A DNA stretch of 64,000 bases from Octopus sinensis (lineage: Eukaryota), in NCBI RefSeq assembly GCF_006345805.1, contig NC_043015.1:13950001-14014000 (forward strand), given 5' to 3'. Below, piece by piece: positions 14,049 through 26,811 of this stretch (the first letter of the stretch is position 1; the number at the start of each line of letters is the position of its first letter). Under the pieces are notes generated by a model, which had not been told where the DNA came from, ran no database searches, and saw only the letters and a program-made list of their open reading frames with translations. The position numbers and the translations under genes are program-made.

Positions 14049-14937
14049 GTGAGTGAGCCAAGTATTCCTCACATATCCCCGCTTCTACTCTGTTTATAAT
14101 ACTTTAATCTTATTCGATCGTCGAATCTTTAGTTAACAGAGACAACTGCAATACCTTTTCTTTATACCCTTGGATCGGAATTTTTCATGAAAAGTAAATC
14201 ATTAAAGCATTAGCTGCGACAGTCCTGGTTGTGAGCGTAAATAGAAATTACCTTTTGTTTCTCTATAGATTCACTTCGAGCCCCATTTAAGCATATCTGA
14301 AGCATTAGAAACCAATATAAGCAACACACTAGTAAACATATATAATATGCTTCGATATCACATCGTTTTTTTTTGTTTGTTTTTATCTCGTATTCCAAGA
14401 TGCAACTCGCACGAAATACATCTCACACTTTTAGTAATACTGTATTACCGAAGATTAAGCCTTTGGATTTGTTTATGCAGCCTTCTTGGCAATAATTTCT
14501 GTACCAGTCCAAATTTAAAATTTAATTGAGAATTCAAAGTGTAAAAAGCAGGTTTTGTAATATAAAAGCATGAAGAAGACATCGTAATTTAGGTCCAAAC
14601 AGTCTCAAACGACCAACGAAATACCTGCATTATTTAAATAAATTATTGCTAGATTCGAAGCAAGCTAGCAACGTTTATACTTGGAAATCTGCAGAAGTGG
14701 AGTTGATGAATGCTAGGCTAGCGACTGAAGGATCGGTGTTCAGAGCTAATAAGTAAAAGTATACTGAACCCATAAACAAGATATTTTGTGTTTGCTAGCC
14801 TGTTCTACAATCAAAGTACAGCTTATAATTAAGCACAATATGAAGAGAAGTGTCTAATTTTGAGTTGGTGCCCTTGGCTTTGTTTGGTTGTGTAAATCAT
14901 TGTTCAACAATACTTTCCTTTTCTGAATACGGGTATA

Positions 14938-15125
14938 TCTTTTACTTGTTTTAGACATTGGACTGCAGCCATGCACGGGCACCGCTTTACCGATCCCAGC
15001 ATTTACTTTTAAGTCGGGAACTTATACTAGGGTCTCTTATACTGAACTGCTTACGGGCACGTAAACAAACCGACACTGGTTGTCAGGCGGTGGTTGTGCG
15101 CAAACACAAACATAGACACATACAC
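14938..15125 (+). mobile_element. Short interspersed repeat, family 'E'
   Basis: ttttacttgtt...gactgcagccatg...gcaccgc...gtaaacaaaccgacactggttgtcaggcg; homologues at 16560-16790 (-), 51868-52075 (+), ~11550-11660. Confidence 0.7.
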
Positions 15126-15134
15126 ACTCATACG

Positions 15135-15145
15135 TAGGTAGATAA

Positions 15146-15222
<77 letters not shown>

Positions 15223-15240
15223 CAGACAGACGGATGGTTG

Positions 15241-15316
<76 letters not shown>
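15135..15316. repeat. (GATA)n microsatellite
   Basis: Directly visible. Confidence 0.95.
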
Positions 15317-15317
<1 letters not shown>

Positions 15318-15713
15318 ATTCACGTATCGGGATCATTTCATTTGATACGTAAGCCCTCACGCCCTAGTTATTAGGGATGTACAGTTACCTTTTTACGTGC
15401 TCAAATCGGCAATATTCCTACGATATTGAACAGCATTAAATAGCAAACAAAAATAGTTGCAATAACGTCTGTTACTTAGGCGCTGCGCAAACGGGTCCCA
15501 CTAACTATTTTATTCAAAGTTTAATGATAGCAAATTCACATATGCTTTATGTTAAACTAATAACGGACAGAAAGAACTTCAGAATATTGGTTTCAAATGT
15601 TAGCACAAGGCCAGCAACTTCGGAGGAGAGGTGTAAGTCGGTTTATCAACCCCAGGGTGTCAGCTTGCCGCATTTGAACTAGAAAATACTGATCTATCTA
15701 TCTATCTATCTAC

Positions 15714-15785
<72 letters not shown>

Positions 15786-15828
15786 TTGTCTGTCCTTTTC
15801 TCTCTCTCTATGTATGTATGTATGTATG

Positions 15829-15889
<61 letters not shown>

Positions 15890-15903
15890 GTATATATATA
15901 TAT

Positions 15904-15937
<34 letters not shown>

Positions 15938-16020
15938 ATGTTTGTATGTATGTATGTCTGTATGTATGTATGTATGTATGTATGTATGTATGCATGTACT
16001 ATGTATGTGTGTGTGTATGT

Positions 16021-16200
16021 GTGTAGTAAGAAGTTTGCTTCCCAACCACATAGTTCTGTGTTCAGTCCCACTGCATGGCACCTTGGACAAGTGTCTTCTA
16101 CAGTACACTATATATTTTTTTATTCTTTTACTTGCTTCAGTCATTTGATTGTATTTTGTAGATGGAAACTGAAAGAAGCTACGCGCGTTTCCACAAATCA
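16021..16200 (+). mobile_element. tRNA-derived SINE, family 'F' (interrupted)
   Basis: gtaagaagtttgcttcccaaccac...gttcagtcccactgcatggcaccttggacaagtgtcttcta; homologues at ~26392, ~47085-47185 (-), ~59948-60066. Confidence 0.7.
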
Positions 16201-16559
16201 CATGTTTCTTACGATCATAGTACGTATTCCTGGGATGATTACACCATAGTCCGTAGTATCTATGGGCACCGGATGGATCATATTCATGTGTTCATTTCCT
16301 CAGGCGATATGGCGTTAACGTTGAAAGCAGCAAATGTATATGTATACTATATTTATCCTACATTATATCGGCACCGGTCGGTGCAACTCCATAAAACTGT
16401 TATTGCTTGTTGATATCATTAAGCTGTAGCCGGCATAATGAATTATCAGCTTTTATATGCATGCTCAAAAACGTTTCCCGTAAACAATCTTAAAGGATGT
16501 GTGTGTGTTTGTATATGTGTGAGTGTGTGTGTGAGTGTGTGAGTGTGTGCGTGTGTGTA

Positions 16560-16790
16560 CGTGCGTGTGTGTGTGTGTGTGCGCGCGCGCGGCATCTGTC
16601 TGTATTTATCACCCACCGCTGCTTGACAACCGGTGTGTTTATGTACTTGCAACTTAACAGTTCCGCCTAAGAGACCAATAGAATAAGTGGCAAGCTTATA
16701 AAATAGGTACTGGGGTCGACTAGCATTCTTCCAGGTAGTGCTCCAGCATGGCCTCAATCGAATGACTGAAACAAGTAAGAGAATAAAAGA
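16560..16790 (-). mobile_element. Family 'E' short repeat
   Basis: Reverse complement of the family E consensus seen at 14938 and 51868. Confidence 0.7.
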
Positions 16791-17051
16791 ATAAAATAAT
16801 ATCTAGTGTACTGTTCCGTGATGGTGAGATCAACAAAAAAAGTACTCAATCTGGTGAAATGGAGTATATCATTTAATAAACATGATATATGTTATTGTTT
16901 TTGTGTGTGTGTGTGACTATTAGTTTCATGTGGCGAGAACATGCCAAACAGTGTTTTATAACACGTCTAGTGTCCTAGCACAATCATCAGGGTTTGATGG
17001 TATCTTAGCAATCATCAGCACATAAAAAATATGTATGTTGTATTTATTAAA

Positions 17052-17082
<31 letters not shown>

Positions 17083-17097
17083 GTATATGTATGTATG

Positions 17098-17178
<81 letters not shown>

Positions 17179-17184
<6 letters not shown>

Positions 17185-18245
17185 GGTATCAAAAAGTTCC
17201 AGGACAGGTAATGCTTAATAAAAAATAACTTTTTTGCCTAAGTTTTAACATCATCTCCTTCGAAATAGTCACCTTGCGCAGCAATACACTGGTTCCAGCG
17301 TTCCTGTAACCTTTGGAATCCGGCCTGGAAGTCATTTTCCGTAAGGGATTCGAGAACCTTCAACAATTCGCTCTTGACCTCGACAAGGGTGTTAAAACGG
17401 CGACCTTTGAATTGCATTTTCATCTTGGGGAAGAGATGGAAGTCCGCAGATGCTAAATCTGGCGAATAGGGTGCATGCGGCAGCGATACTATGTTCTTTT
17501 TGGCGAGAAACCCTCGAGTGAGGAGAGCTCGGTGACACAGTGCATTTGAAGAGACTGAGGGATGACATTCGGCAAAAGCGACCCGATCTGTGGTTCCGAT
17601 CGCTTTCGCCGAATGTCTTCCCTTAGTCTCTTCAAAAGGTTGCAGTAGAACCCTCGATTGACGGTCTGGTCCTGGGGGACAAATTCTCGATGAACAATAC
17701 CCCGGATGTCGAAAAAAAAAACGATGAGCATGCTCTTGACTGAGCTGCAGCTCTATCGTGCCTTCTTCGGTCATGGAAATGAAGGGCTCTTCCATTGTGA
17801 CGACTGCTGCTTCGTCTCAGGGTCGTACCCGTAAACCCAACTCTCTTCGCCGGTGATGGTCCTCGAAATGAAGCATGGGTCATCAGCAGCACGCTGACGG
17901 AGATCTTGATAGACTGCGACACGATGTTCTTTCTGCTTAGTGGTCAGCAGGTGGAGCGCAAACTTGGCAGAGACACGCCGCATGTCCTATTCAGACGTTA
18001 GGATTGTCTGCACGGACCCGTACGACAGACCGACAACATCAGCAAAGTCGCTGATTATCTTTCGATGATCCTCATGAACAAGATGATGAATTTTCTCCAC
18101 ATTTCTAAGGGATGACGCTCGTGACAGGTTTTTCTAGATCTCTCATCGTCTTCCGGGGACGTTCTTCCATTTTACATGTACAGGTGCCTCTTGAAACATT
18201 GCGTACGACCCATTGCCTCGTCACCGTAAACCCGCCGGAGCATAC
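17179..18245 (-). mobile_element. Degenerate mariner transposon lacking its 5' TIR
   Basis: TIR aggtggtatcaaaaagttcc at ~17181. Minus-strand frames give HTH, RVSAKFALHLLT, ITGEESWVYGYDPETKQQSSQWK and HAPYSPDLASADFHLFPKMK...CIAAQGDYFEG, with frameshifts and stops. Confidence 0.92.
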
Positions 18246-19316
18246 TCAAGCATACTTCTAGGTGGTGCACCAGCATGGTTACATGCTTGAAAAATATACA
18301 AGAAATATACATAAGAAATGTATCACAAACGATCGATAAAAACACTTAACAGATGTATCAAATGAACAATACAGAGTATTTTTTTTTAATCCGTAATATA
18401 TCTTTTCTATGATACATGTTAAGTATATAGATTACAGATAAATCCATAACATAAAAAATAAAGGGTGTAAAATTGCATAAAGACAAAACATATCGACTAT
18501 ATTTTGAAATACTTTTCTCGGTATACTCAGCAAAAATTTTCTCATTTTCATAACAGTAAATATATTTCTACAAAGTATTTTGAGAGAGCATTAAAATTAA
18601 GGGTCCCGGATCCAATCCCATCCTTTGTTCCTGATGAAGAGTTTCTGTCTTGTTCTTGTAATTGTGGCTAATCGATATTCTCTATAGTTTAACATACATT
18701 GTTCAGTAGGCTGATAAAAGGGCAGAATGTTTTCGGTGACGTATATACATATCGTGGTATTATCCTCATTCTAATAAGAATATCCCAAAATTCCCATCGA
18801 CTGTATCACTAGACTTATCTCTCTTACATGTTTTAGATTTCAAAGGCACCTGGATGTTTTATCTACCAATTGCTGCGATAATGTCAGTTGAATGAAGTTT
18901 TCAGTTTACTATATTATGTATGTAAGACATTCATTTATATTCGTTTAAAGTCTGTACTGAGCGCAAACTCACTAAACTGAAGCTTTTTTCGGTTTCCTTA
19001 GAGATATTGAAAGTACAAATCACCCCATTAAAGAGGAATTACGCTCTAGTTGGTGTTGGTTTGGACTGAATCAATGACAAATGGAACGATACATACATAT
19101 ATATGTCTACATCTATCTATCTATCTATCACTGTATATATATATATAAACATATATAAATAATATTTTTATAAACAAACCCAAAAGGCTTTGCTAGTTAC
19201 GAAGAGAAAGCTGCTATGGAAGGCTCATAGTATAATAACTGTATAATAACTATATATAATTTATATCATAATGATATTTATTCTCCGATTTGAAGCGACA
19301 ATTTTTAAACAAATGA

Positions 19317-19616
19317 CTGAAAAATTTATGAGCTAACCTCAGACAGAATCGAACTCACAAATCGACGCTTTCGTTACTCCTTGCGAATCTGATTGGCCAA
19401 ACGCTCACCCATCAATTTCAGTCAAATTTAGTTAATATATACTCAAACTGTCTTGATAATACATAAACGATATTGTTATCAAGAGTTTGAGTATATTTTA
19501 ACTAAATTTAACTGAAATTGATGGGTGAGTGTTTGGCCAATCAGATTCGCAAGAAGCCACGAAAGCTTTGATTTGTGAGTTCGATTCTGCCTGAGGTTAG
19601 CTCACAAATTTTTCAG
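19317..19616. repeat. 300-bp foldback palindrome (~143-bp arms, ~16-bp spacer); MITE-like
   Basis: ctgaaaaatttatgagctaacctcag...tcttgataa is the reverse complement of ttatcaaga...ctgaggttagctcacaaatttttcag, with scattered mismatches. Confidence 0.9.
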
Positions 19617-20135
19617 CGAATTCAAAGGGCAGCAAAAGCATTTGGTGGCTTGGAGTCACGTGTTTGATGCCAATGACATATAAATAAGAATACAAAACCG
19701 GCTCTTTACAAATCATTTCTGTTACCATCCCTGTTGTATTCCTGTGAAGCTTGGACTTGTTATGAAAGACATTTTAAACTGTTAGAACAATTCCACCAAA
19801 AATGCCTTAAAATTAAATGGAGTCCTTTTACTTCAAACATAGATGTCCTTGCATCTGCAGGCATCACCTCAATATCTCATCTGCGAACGCATGGAAAACA
19901 AATCTCCGCCAACTATTCTGCCTATATATCTGTACACACCTTTGAATGCGTGTATGCCAGAAGGTTTGCAAATCCAACGGAGGCCTCACAAGACATTTTA
20001 AGATCCACAAAAAGCAGAACTTGTTTTGCAGGTCTTCGTGTTCCAAATCAGAGGTGCAATCTATGTGGGTGTCTTTTCAGAACATTGTCTGGTTTAAAAA
20101 GTCACATCAGACGCCATGATGGTGCTAAGGTGTAG
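19617..20135 (+). mobile_element. 5'-truncated, internally deleted RTE-clade LINE
   Basis: RIQRAAKAFGGL...LLYSCEAWTCYERHFKLLEQFHQKCL...NIDVLASAGITSI, then C-terminal CNLCGCLFRTLSGLKSHIRRH. Confidence 0.88.
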
Positions 20136-20247
20136 ATACAGGGAGTGGTCAAACTCTGTATAAGGAGTAGACAACCACCACCATGTATGTATGTATATGT
20201 ATATGGAAAGAAGGGGTATATCTCCACGCAGGAAAAAACATACAAAA

Positions 20248-21150
20248 TGTTTTTGAAAATGCATCTGAATTTGAAAAACTTATAATTGTTTTTAAATGAA
20301 TTTATTTGCATACATACCAAACTAGTTTCGACAATTTTTTCTTTATCAATGGTATAAGCGTATATAAAACAATAGGATTTTTAAAAATTTTAAATTACGA
20401 AGAAAACATGTTTAAATGATTACATGTTCACAAAATTCAAAGAAAGGAGTAGATAAAATGAAAAATGTTAGGCGAAGAATATAAAAAATGTGGATTGTTA
20501 TAAGTTCGGTCATACTGAGTTAAGAGAAAGAAATATAAAAAGAGAGTAAAAAAATGGGGCAGCTCCAGACCTTAGGAAAAAAAACCCCAAACAAACTGGT
20601 CCTTTAAGAGAATCAATTGATGACCATTCACTACAGGGAAGTCAATCAGGCAGGACGCCAAACTTGACCACCGGAAAGAATAAGGCGTCTTCAGAATTAT
20701 AACGAATCAAAAATGAAATCCGTTCGCGAAAAAACTTATGAATACACTGATTCCAAAAACTCAGTTACAAGCGAAAAGCCCTGTGCGTGACGGAGAAAAG
20801 AATCACACGCAAGATGACAGAAACTGTAATAAAAAACCTCTTTTTTTATTCTCTTCTTTTCTTATTTCCCTCTTCAAACTCAGTATGAACGAACTTTTAA
20901 TAATCCACATTTTGTATATTCTTCGGCGATCATTTTTGGTATTATCCACCCTTATTGAATTTTGTGAATATTTAATCATTTAAACATGTTTTCAACTTCG
21001 TAATTTTAAAGTTTTTAAAATCCTATTGTTTTATATACGTTTATACCATTGATAAACAAAACACTGTTGAAACTCGTTTGGTATGTGTATAAATAAATTT
21101 ATTTAAAAACAATTACAAGTTTTTTAAATTCAAGTGCATTTTGAAAAACA

Positions 21151-21151
<1 letters not shown>
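20248..21151. repeat. Element with ~300-bp diverged inverted repeats around a ~285-bp spacer
   Basis: 20248-20553 aligns by eye to the reverse complement of ~20840-21151 (e.g. tatataaaacaataggatttt / aaaatcctattgttttatata; catactgagtt / aactcagtatg). Confidence 0.85.
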
Positions 21152-21219
<68 letters not shown>

Positions 21220-21920
21220 GTATGTACACACACATACGTGTGTGTTTATGTGTCTGCGTTGATTTTTTAAATGAAAGTACTGGGGGCGATTTATTCGACT
21301 AAAACGTACAAAGTGATGCTTTAGCATGGCCATAACTCAATTACAGAAAGAAGTAAAGGATAAAAGATATAGCTGCAATTTTTTTCCCTTTTATTATGCC
21401 CTGGGAATCCAAAATATTATTTTTGAATCACCAATATATATACGCGCGCGCGCGTGTGTGTTTGTGTATGTGTGTGTGCGTGCGTGGTTGTCCTGGTATT
21501 CGTTGCAGCTACTGTTTTGTCAATATTTATTTCTGAAAGAAATCAATATTTATTTGCGCAATTTTCACATAAAATGTACGTTTTCAAAGGTTGTCAAACT
21601 GCCCACCTCCGTTTATAATTAGTTTAAGAGAAAAGGTATACAATCCAATATTGATATTTATATACTGAATGACGACATAAAAATATTGCTTTGAGCAAAC
21701 TTTCAACTTTTGGCGCTGTGACATTTACATTGATCAATGAGAATAATGTTAACCAATCGCAGTAATTAGGAAGATAATAACACTAGCCACAGCGATGATA
21801 GTTATAGCATATACAAATAAAGAATTCAAAACAGGTCTCATATGACACCGTTCAAATTCTTTTAGATTTATTGGCATACTTGATTAGGTTATTTTATGTA
21901 TGCATGTATATGTGTATGTG

Positions 21921-21952
<32 letters not shown>

Positions 21953-22059
21953 TGTATGTATGTATGTATGTATGTATGTATGTATGCATGTATGTATGTA
22001 TGTATATATGTATATATATATATGTATATATATATATATGTGTGTGTATATATATATAC

Positions 22060-22184
<125 letters not shown>

Positions 22185-22329
22185 AGATAGGGGTTGTAAA
22201 TTCAACCCTCCATGGGATAACATATATCCAATATACTGCTAGAGAAGTACCCAACAAAGCTAATACATAAATGTTAAAAATTGCGATGCAATTAATTGAT
22301 CTACTGTATATTATGTGGGCAAATTAATA

Positions 22330-22657
22330 ATACAAAATGAGAAAATGGAGAAATATATCTAAATCAATCATCAACTATCAGATAATACCCAATCAATACT
22401 TTATTAAGCCATTACACAATAGCAATGATATTATACATTAATATAGTACAAATATAACAAGACATAGAAATAGAAATAGAAATACATTTACATTGTAGCT
22501 GACAGCTGTTTCGGCCGTGAAGACAGGTATGTCCCATTTAACCTATTAGCCATATAAAGCAGGTATAAATGAGACATTAACAAGAATGTCTCACGGCCTC
22601 TTCAGAGAATCTGATAGTTGATGATTGATTTAGATATATTTCTCCATTTTCTCATTT

Positions 22658-22662
<5 letters not shown>
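22330..22662. mobile_element. 333-bp element with perfect 53-bp terminal inverted repeats enclosing a hammerhead motif
   Basis: 22330-22382 atacaaaatgagaaaatggagaaatatatctaaatcaatcatcaactatcaga is the exact reverse complement of 22610-22662. Confidence 0.85.
22495..22610 (-). ncRNA. Minimal type I hammerhead ribozyme motif (intact core, weak stem I)
   Basis: Minus strand: CUGAAGA (22605-22599); stem II GGCCGUGA-GAC / GUC-U-UCACGGCC; GAAAC-AGCU-GUC, i.e. palindromic stem III with a GUC cleavage triplet ending at 22501. Stem I has only 2 bp. Confidence 0.7.
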
Positions 22663-22704
<42 letters not shown>

Positions 22705-22949
22705 CAAAAGGATGTGTTATAATACTATTCCACAGCCATACCAACTATCCAGCATACCTCCATCATCAGCTGCTCTACATATATCATTATGGTTTCGACA
22801 CCTGGGTAGTATCATTCAATTTGGCGGTGTCAACAACACTAAAAAAAGTGTTCTTTGGGAACAAACAAAGCAAAGAAGCCACAACTTTCAAACACATTTA
22901 CGATCGAGTACATATTTAACCCTAGCACTCTCAAATTTATATTTGAAAT

Positions 22950-23017
22950 GCTGCACTGAAGAGGTGAAAGAAGTAAGTAAATATAACTTTACTTTCATCC
23001 CAAAACGCGTATGTAGC
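22950..23017 (+). ncRNA. Degenerate minimal hammerhead ribozyme (G12A)
   Basis: Stem I gctgca/tgtagc; CTGAAGA at 22956-22962; stem II ggtgaaag/ctttcatccc (bulged); then AAAAC-GC-GTA where GAAACGCGTA is expected. Confidence 0.55.
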
Positions 23018-23172
23018 TAATCTGAGTCGAGTGGATTCGTTATTTTTTCTTTTTGCCTACGTAAAAAAAAATGTACCAGAAAAGGAATTTTAACTCTTAT
23101 TTCTAAATTCGATGCGTGGGGAAGCAACTAGCTGACCCCTAATTATAATTATGTTTATAATAATAGAATATT

Positions 23173-23239
<67 letters not shown>

Positions 23240-23809
23240 TAGCTGGTGTACCCAGTAATTCCCAGGGGTAAAGATTTCTATTGAAACGCCTTATTACTAA
23301 TATAAGAAAGCAAGAACTGCCACAAAAGGTGTATGTTCCGCCACGAAAAAGCACAAAAAACTGTGAGCTGGAGGAGGGAGAGATTGTTGGAGGTTTTGGG
23401 GAGAAAGATTGTCCGAGGTTGGTGAGAGAGGTTATATAAATATATGAATGAAGTGTTCGCACTCACTGTTGGACGTTCACAGTAGCTGCCTTTAGCTTAT
23501 GGAGTTTCTTGTTTTTATAACTATCAAAAACCAGCCAGAAGGATAGACATATTGTTGAGAACAAATGATTTCATTGGAGATCTGTTATCTCCATTCCAGC
23601 CAGTGAAGGCCTATAAGAGGTTAGAAGGGTCAATTGGCAAAGACATTATTCTGCTTAGCGAATGCATTTGGGGAATATATAACTGCTGCCATTCACAGAA
23701 AACTAATGTTTTACTGTGAGAAAAACGCTGTTGAACAGTTAAGCGAAATTTGATATATGTATATATATATGTATATATATATGTATATATATGTATATAT
23801 ATGTGTATA

Positions 23810-23858
<49 letters not shown>

Positions 23859-24219
23859 AAAGTTGTCTAAAATTTTAGTATTGAAAGAAGAGATAATTCT
23901 AAACAAATGTTTTGATCTTGAAAAACCTATTCTAATCCTTTTATTGTTAATTATTTTATAATATTTATGTTCTTTATTAAAGTGCTAAGATATAGATCTG
24001 TAAAAGAGCTTGACTAGATTCGTTTTTATTTGTTGTGCGTAAGGAATGATAAACCAAATATAATTATCTTTATTATAATTAACATCATTAGGTGTATCTG
24101 GGTTGGCATATGGAGTATACTTATCATTAGACCTAAGTTTATTTATATATATATATATATTTATTCAGGATACACTTGTTGTTATTGATATTATTGCTAT
24201 TGTTAATCATATCATTACT

Positions 24220-24554
24220 AAAGGGTAAAGACCCCCTTCGGTCATGAATGACCATGGGATTGCACCTAGAAAGTTACCCTCCTAGACACAAGTCCGGGCA
24301 AGGTTGTTTATGGAAGACCAGCAGTCGCCCATGCATACCAGCCTCCCCTCTCCACGCCACCAGTGTTATCCAAGGGAAAGACAAAGGTCGATACAGCTTG
24401 GCACCAGTGACGTCGCAACTCATTTCTACAGCTGAGTGAACTGGAGCAACGTGAAATAAAGTGCCTTGCTCAAGAACACAACACGCAGCCCGGTCCGGGA
24501 TTCGAGCTCACAACCTCACGATCGTAAGCTCGACGCTCTAACCACTGAGCCACA
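24220..24554 (-). mobile_element. tRNA-derived SINE, family 'C' head + CORE-like centre + tail type 3
   Basis: Minus strand: tggctcagtggttagagcg (A-box), gagctcgaatccc (B-box), gttgtgttcttgagcaaggcactttatttcacgttgctccagttcactcagctg, tail ending gaccgaagggggtctttaccct. Confidence 0.85.
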
Positions 24555-25090
24555 TTGTTAGTATTAGATTCACCCATTTCGTTGTCAATTATTCTTATAA
24601 TGATGCCCTTGAAAAAGGCGAGAACAATAGGCCGAGGACTTATAGGAAACTGACGATTTAGTTTCGAAAGCTCTGAGATTTGGTAGCTGTTCGCTACAAA
24701 TGGGCATTTATGTAAGGATATCAATATTGCTAAGCTTCGAAGGTTTCATATTTCTTTTTAAACTCACGCCAGGAGATTAATGTTGGTTTATTCCTATCAG
24801 CTGACAGAGATATTTAGAACATCATCGGAAAAGATTTGTTTATCGATTTAAAGGCCAGACAGAATATTTAAAGGCAATTTGACAAATATCAACAGGTTTT
24901 AGAGTAGGTTTGTGAAATATAATTACCGTCTTCTAAATGTTAAAACTAATTTTAATTTCTTGATAATAAACATTTAAATAGATAAAATAATATCTGATAC
25001 ATTCATACACACGTACACGCATATCTATATATACATTGTCACCATCATATACGCACAACCATAAAAGTGTGTGTATATATTTGTAAATAA

Positions 25091-25257
<167 letters not shown>

Positions 25258-26736
25258 TTGCACACATATAGGAGGAATGACCACTAAATGGACATCCAAT
25301 ATGATAGATGTAGACCCCATATGGTCTGACCACTAAGAAAAGATTGTTCTCAAGAAAATTCAGCAAACGCTGGCGTTGAAGATAAATACCAATTGAGTAC
25401 TGGGGTCGATGTAACCGACTTACTACGCCCTCCCCACGAAATTGCTGGCCTTGTACCAAAATCTGAAACCAATCTCCGCAAGCGCTTTAGGTGGCGAGGT
25501 GGCAGGATTATTAGCTCACCGGGCAAAATGCTTCGTGGCATTTCTTCCGATTTTACGATCTGAGTTCGAATTCCGCTGAGGTCTACTTTGTTCCTCTTCT
25601 AAAGAATTGCCTAGACTGCCAGAATGTTTCTGTTGAGAGATTTTGAGAATGTTCAAGTTTAGTAATAAAGAGATTTTATACCAGCATTTATTTGAATAAA
25701 ATTATTGAGTAATAGCAATTATTTTTAGTTCTTTGATATATTTAAAACTACACAGGAGAGCCGTGACACATAAATTATCCAAAGAGATATATTTTATGAC
25801 TTACTTGGAATAACAAACAAATTTAAGGGTTTAATAATTCTTCAAATGTGAGAAGAACTTTGAGAATATAAAAATATCTCTGAAAATATATCAATTTTTC
25901 TTCAAATATAATATAAAACATTCCTTAGGCAAGAAACTTTCAAAACATATTTTCCTCTAAAAGTATAAATGCTTTGTAAAAATAACTGTCGATTAACATT
26001 TATTGGAAAACTAAAAATGTTTCCGACTTTACATGTCTTGCAAACAACTTGCACATGCAGGTGCTACCAGTCAAAAACTCCGCATACCGGAAGCCATCAG
26101 GAGAGAATGCGCGCCGTTTCGGGGCCTACCTCTCGACGGCATCAATGCGCACCGGCCCCCGCTCACTGATATGAAGTCCTACTTGCTAGATCAACTGGTT
26201 ATCAAATAAATTTGTAAAGATTTCGACTTTACATATTTATTTTAAATTCTTTCATCACTTAATTCCGTGTATTTGCTTTAACTTATAATTTTGAATGAAT
26301 GCTTTTAGTATTAACAAAAAATTTCTTGTAAATATTTATCAAGTGATTATTTAAGTTTTTAAAAAATACTGTGCAATTTTAATGCAAAAAAGCATAGCTG
26401 TGTGGTTAAGAAGTTTACTGCTATAAATAATGTGGTTCGACAGCACTATGTGTCATCTTGAGAAAGAGTCTTGACCGATAGATTATGTATGGAATTTAGG
26501 AGACAAGTTTTTGCACGGTTGCAACATGTTGAAATTTGTCCGCATATTTTTGTTAGGAGCGGAGGTTATCTAAGTTTTTACTTTTGAGACGACAAACTAA
26601 GCATTAACAAAGCAACAAAGATCTTTTGTTTTAAGTGAAAGGAACTCTTGAGGTTTGTGAATATTGTTTTGTGAATTCATTTGAGTAGGTGGGTGTATAA
26701 ATTTGCATTCATGAAACGCGTGTGCTTCATTACTGC

Positions 26737-26811
<75 letters not shown>

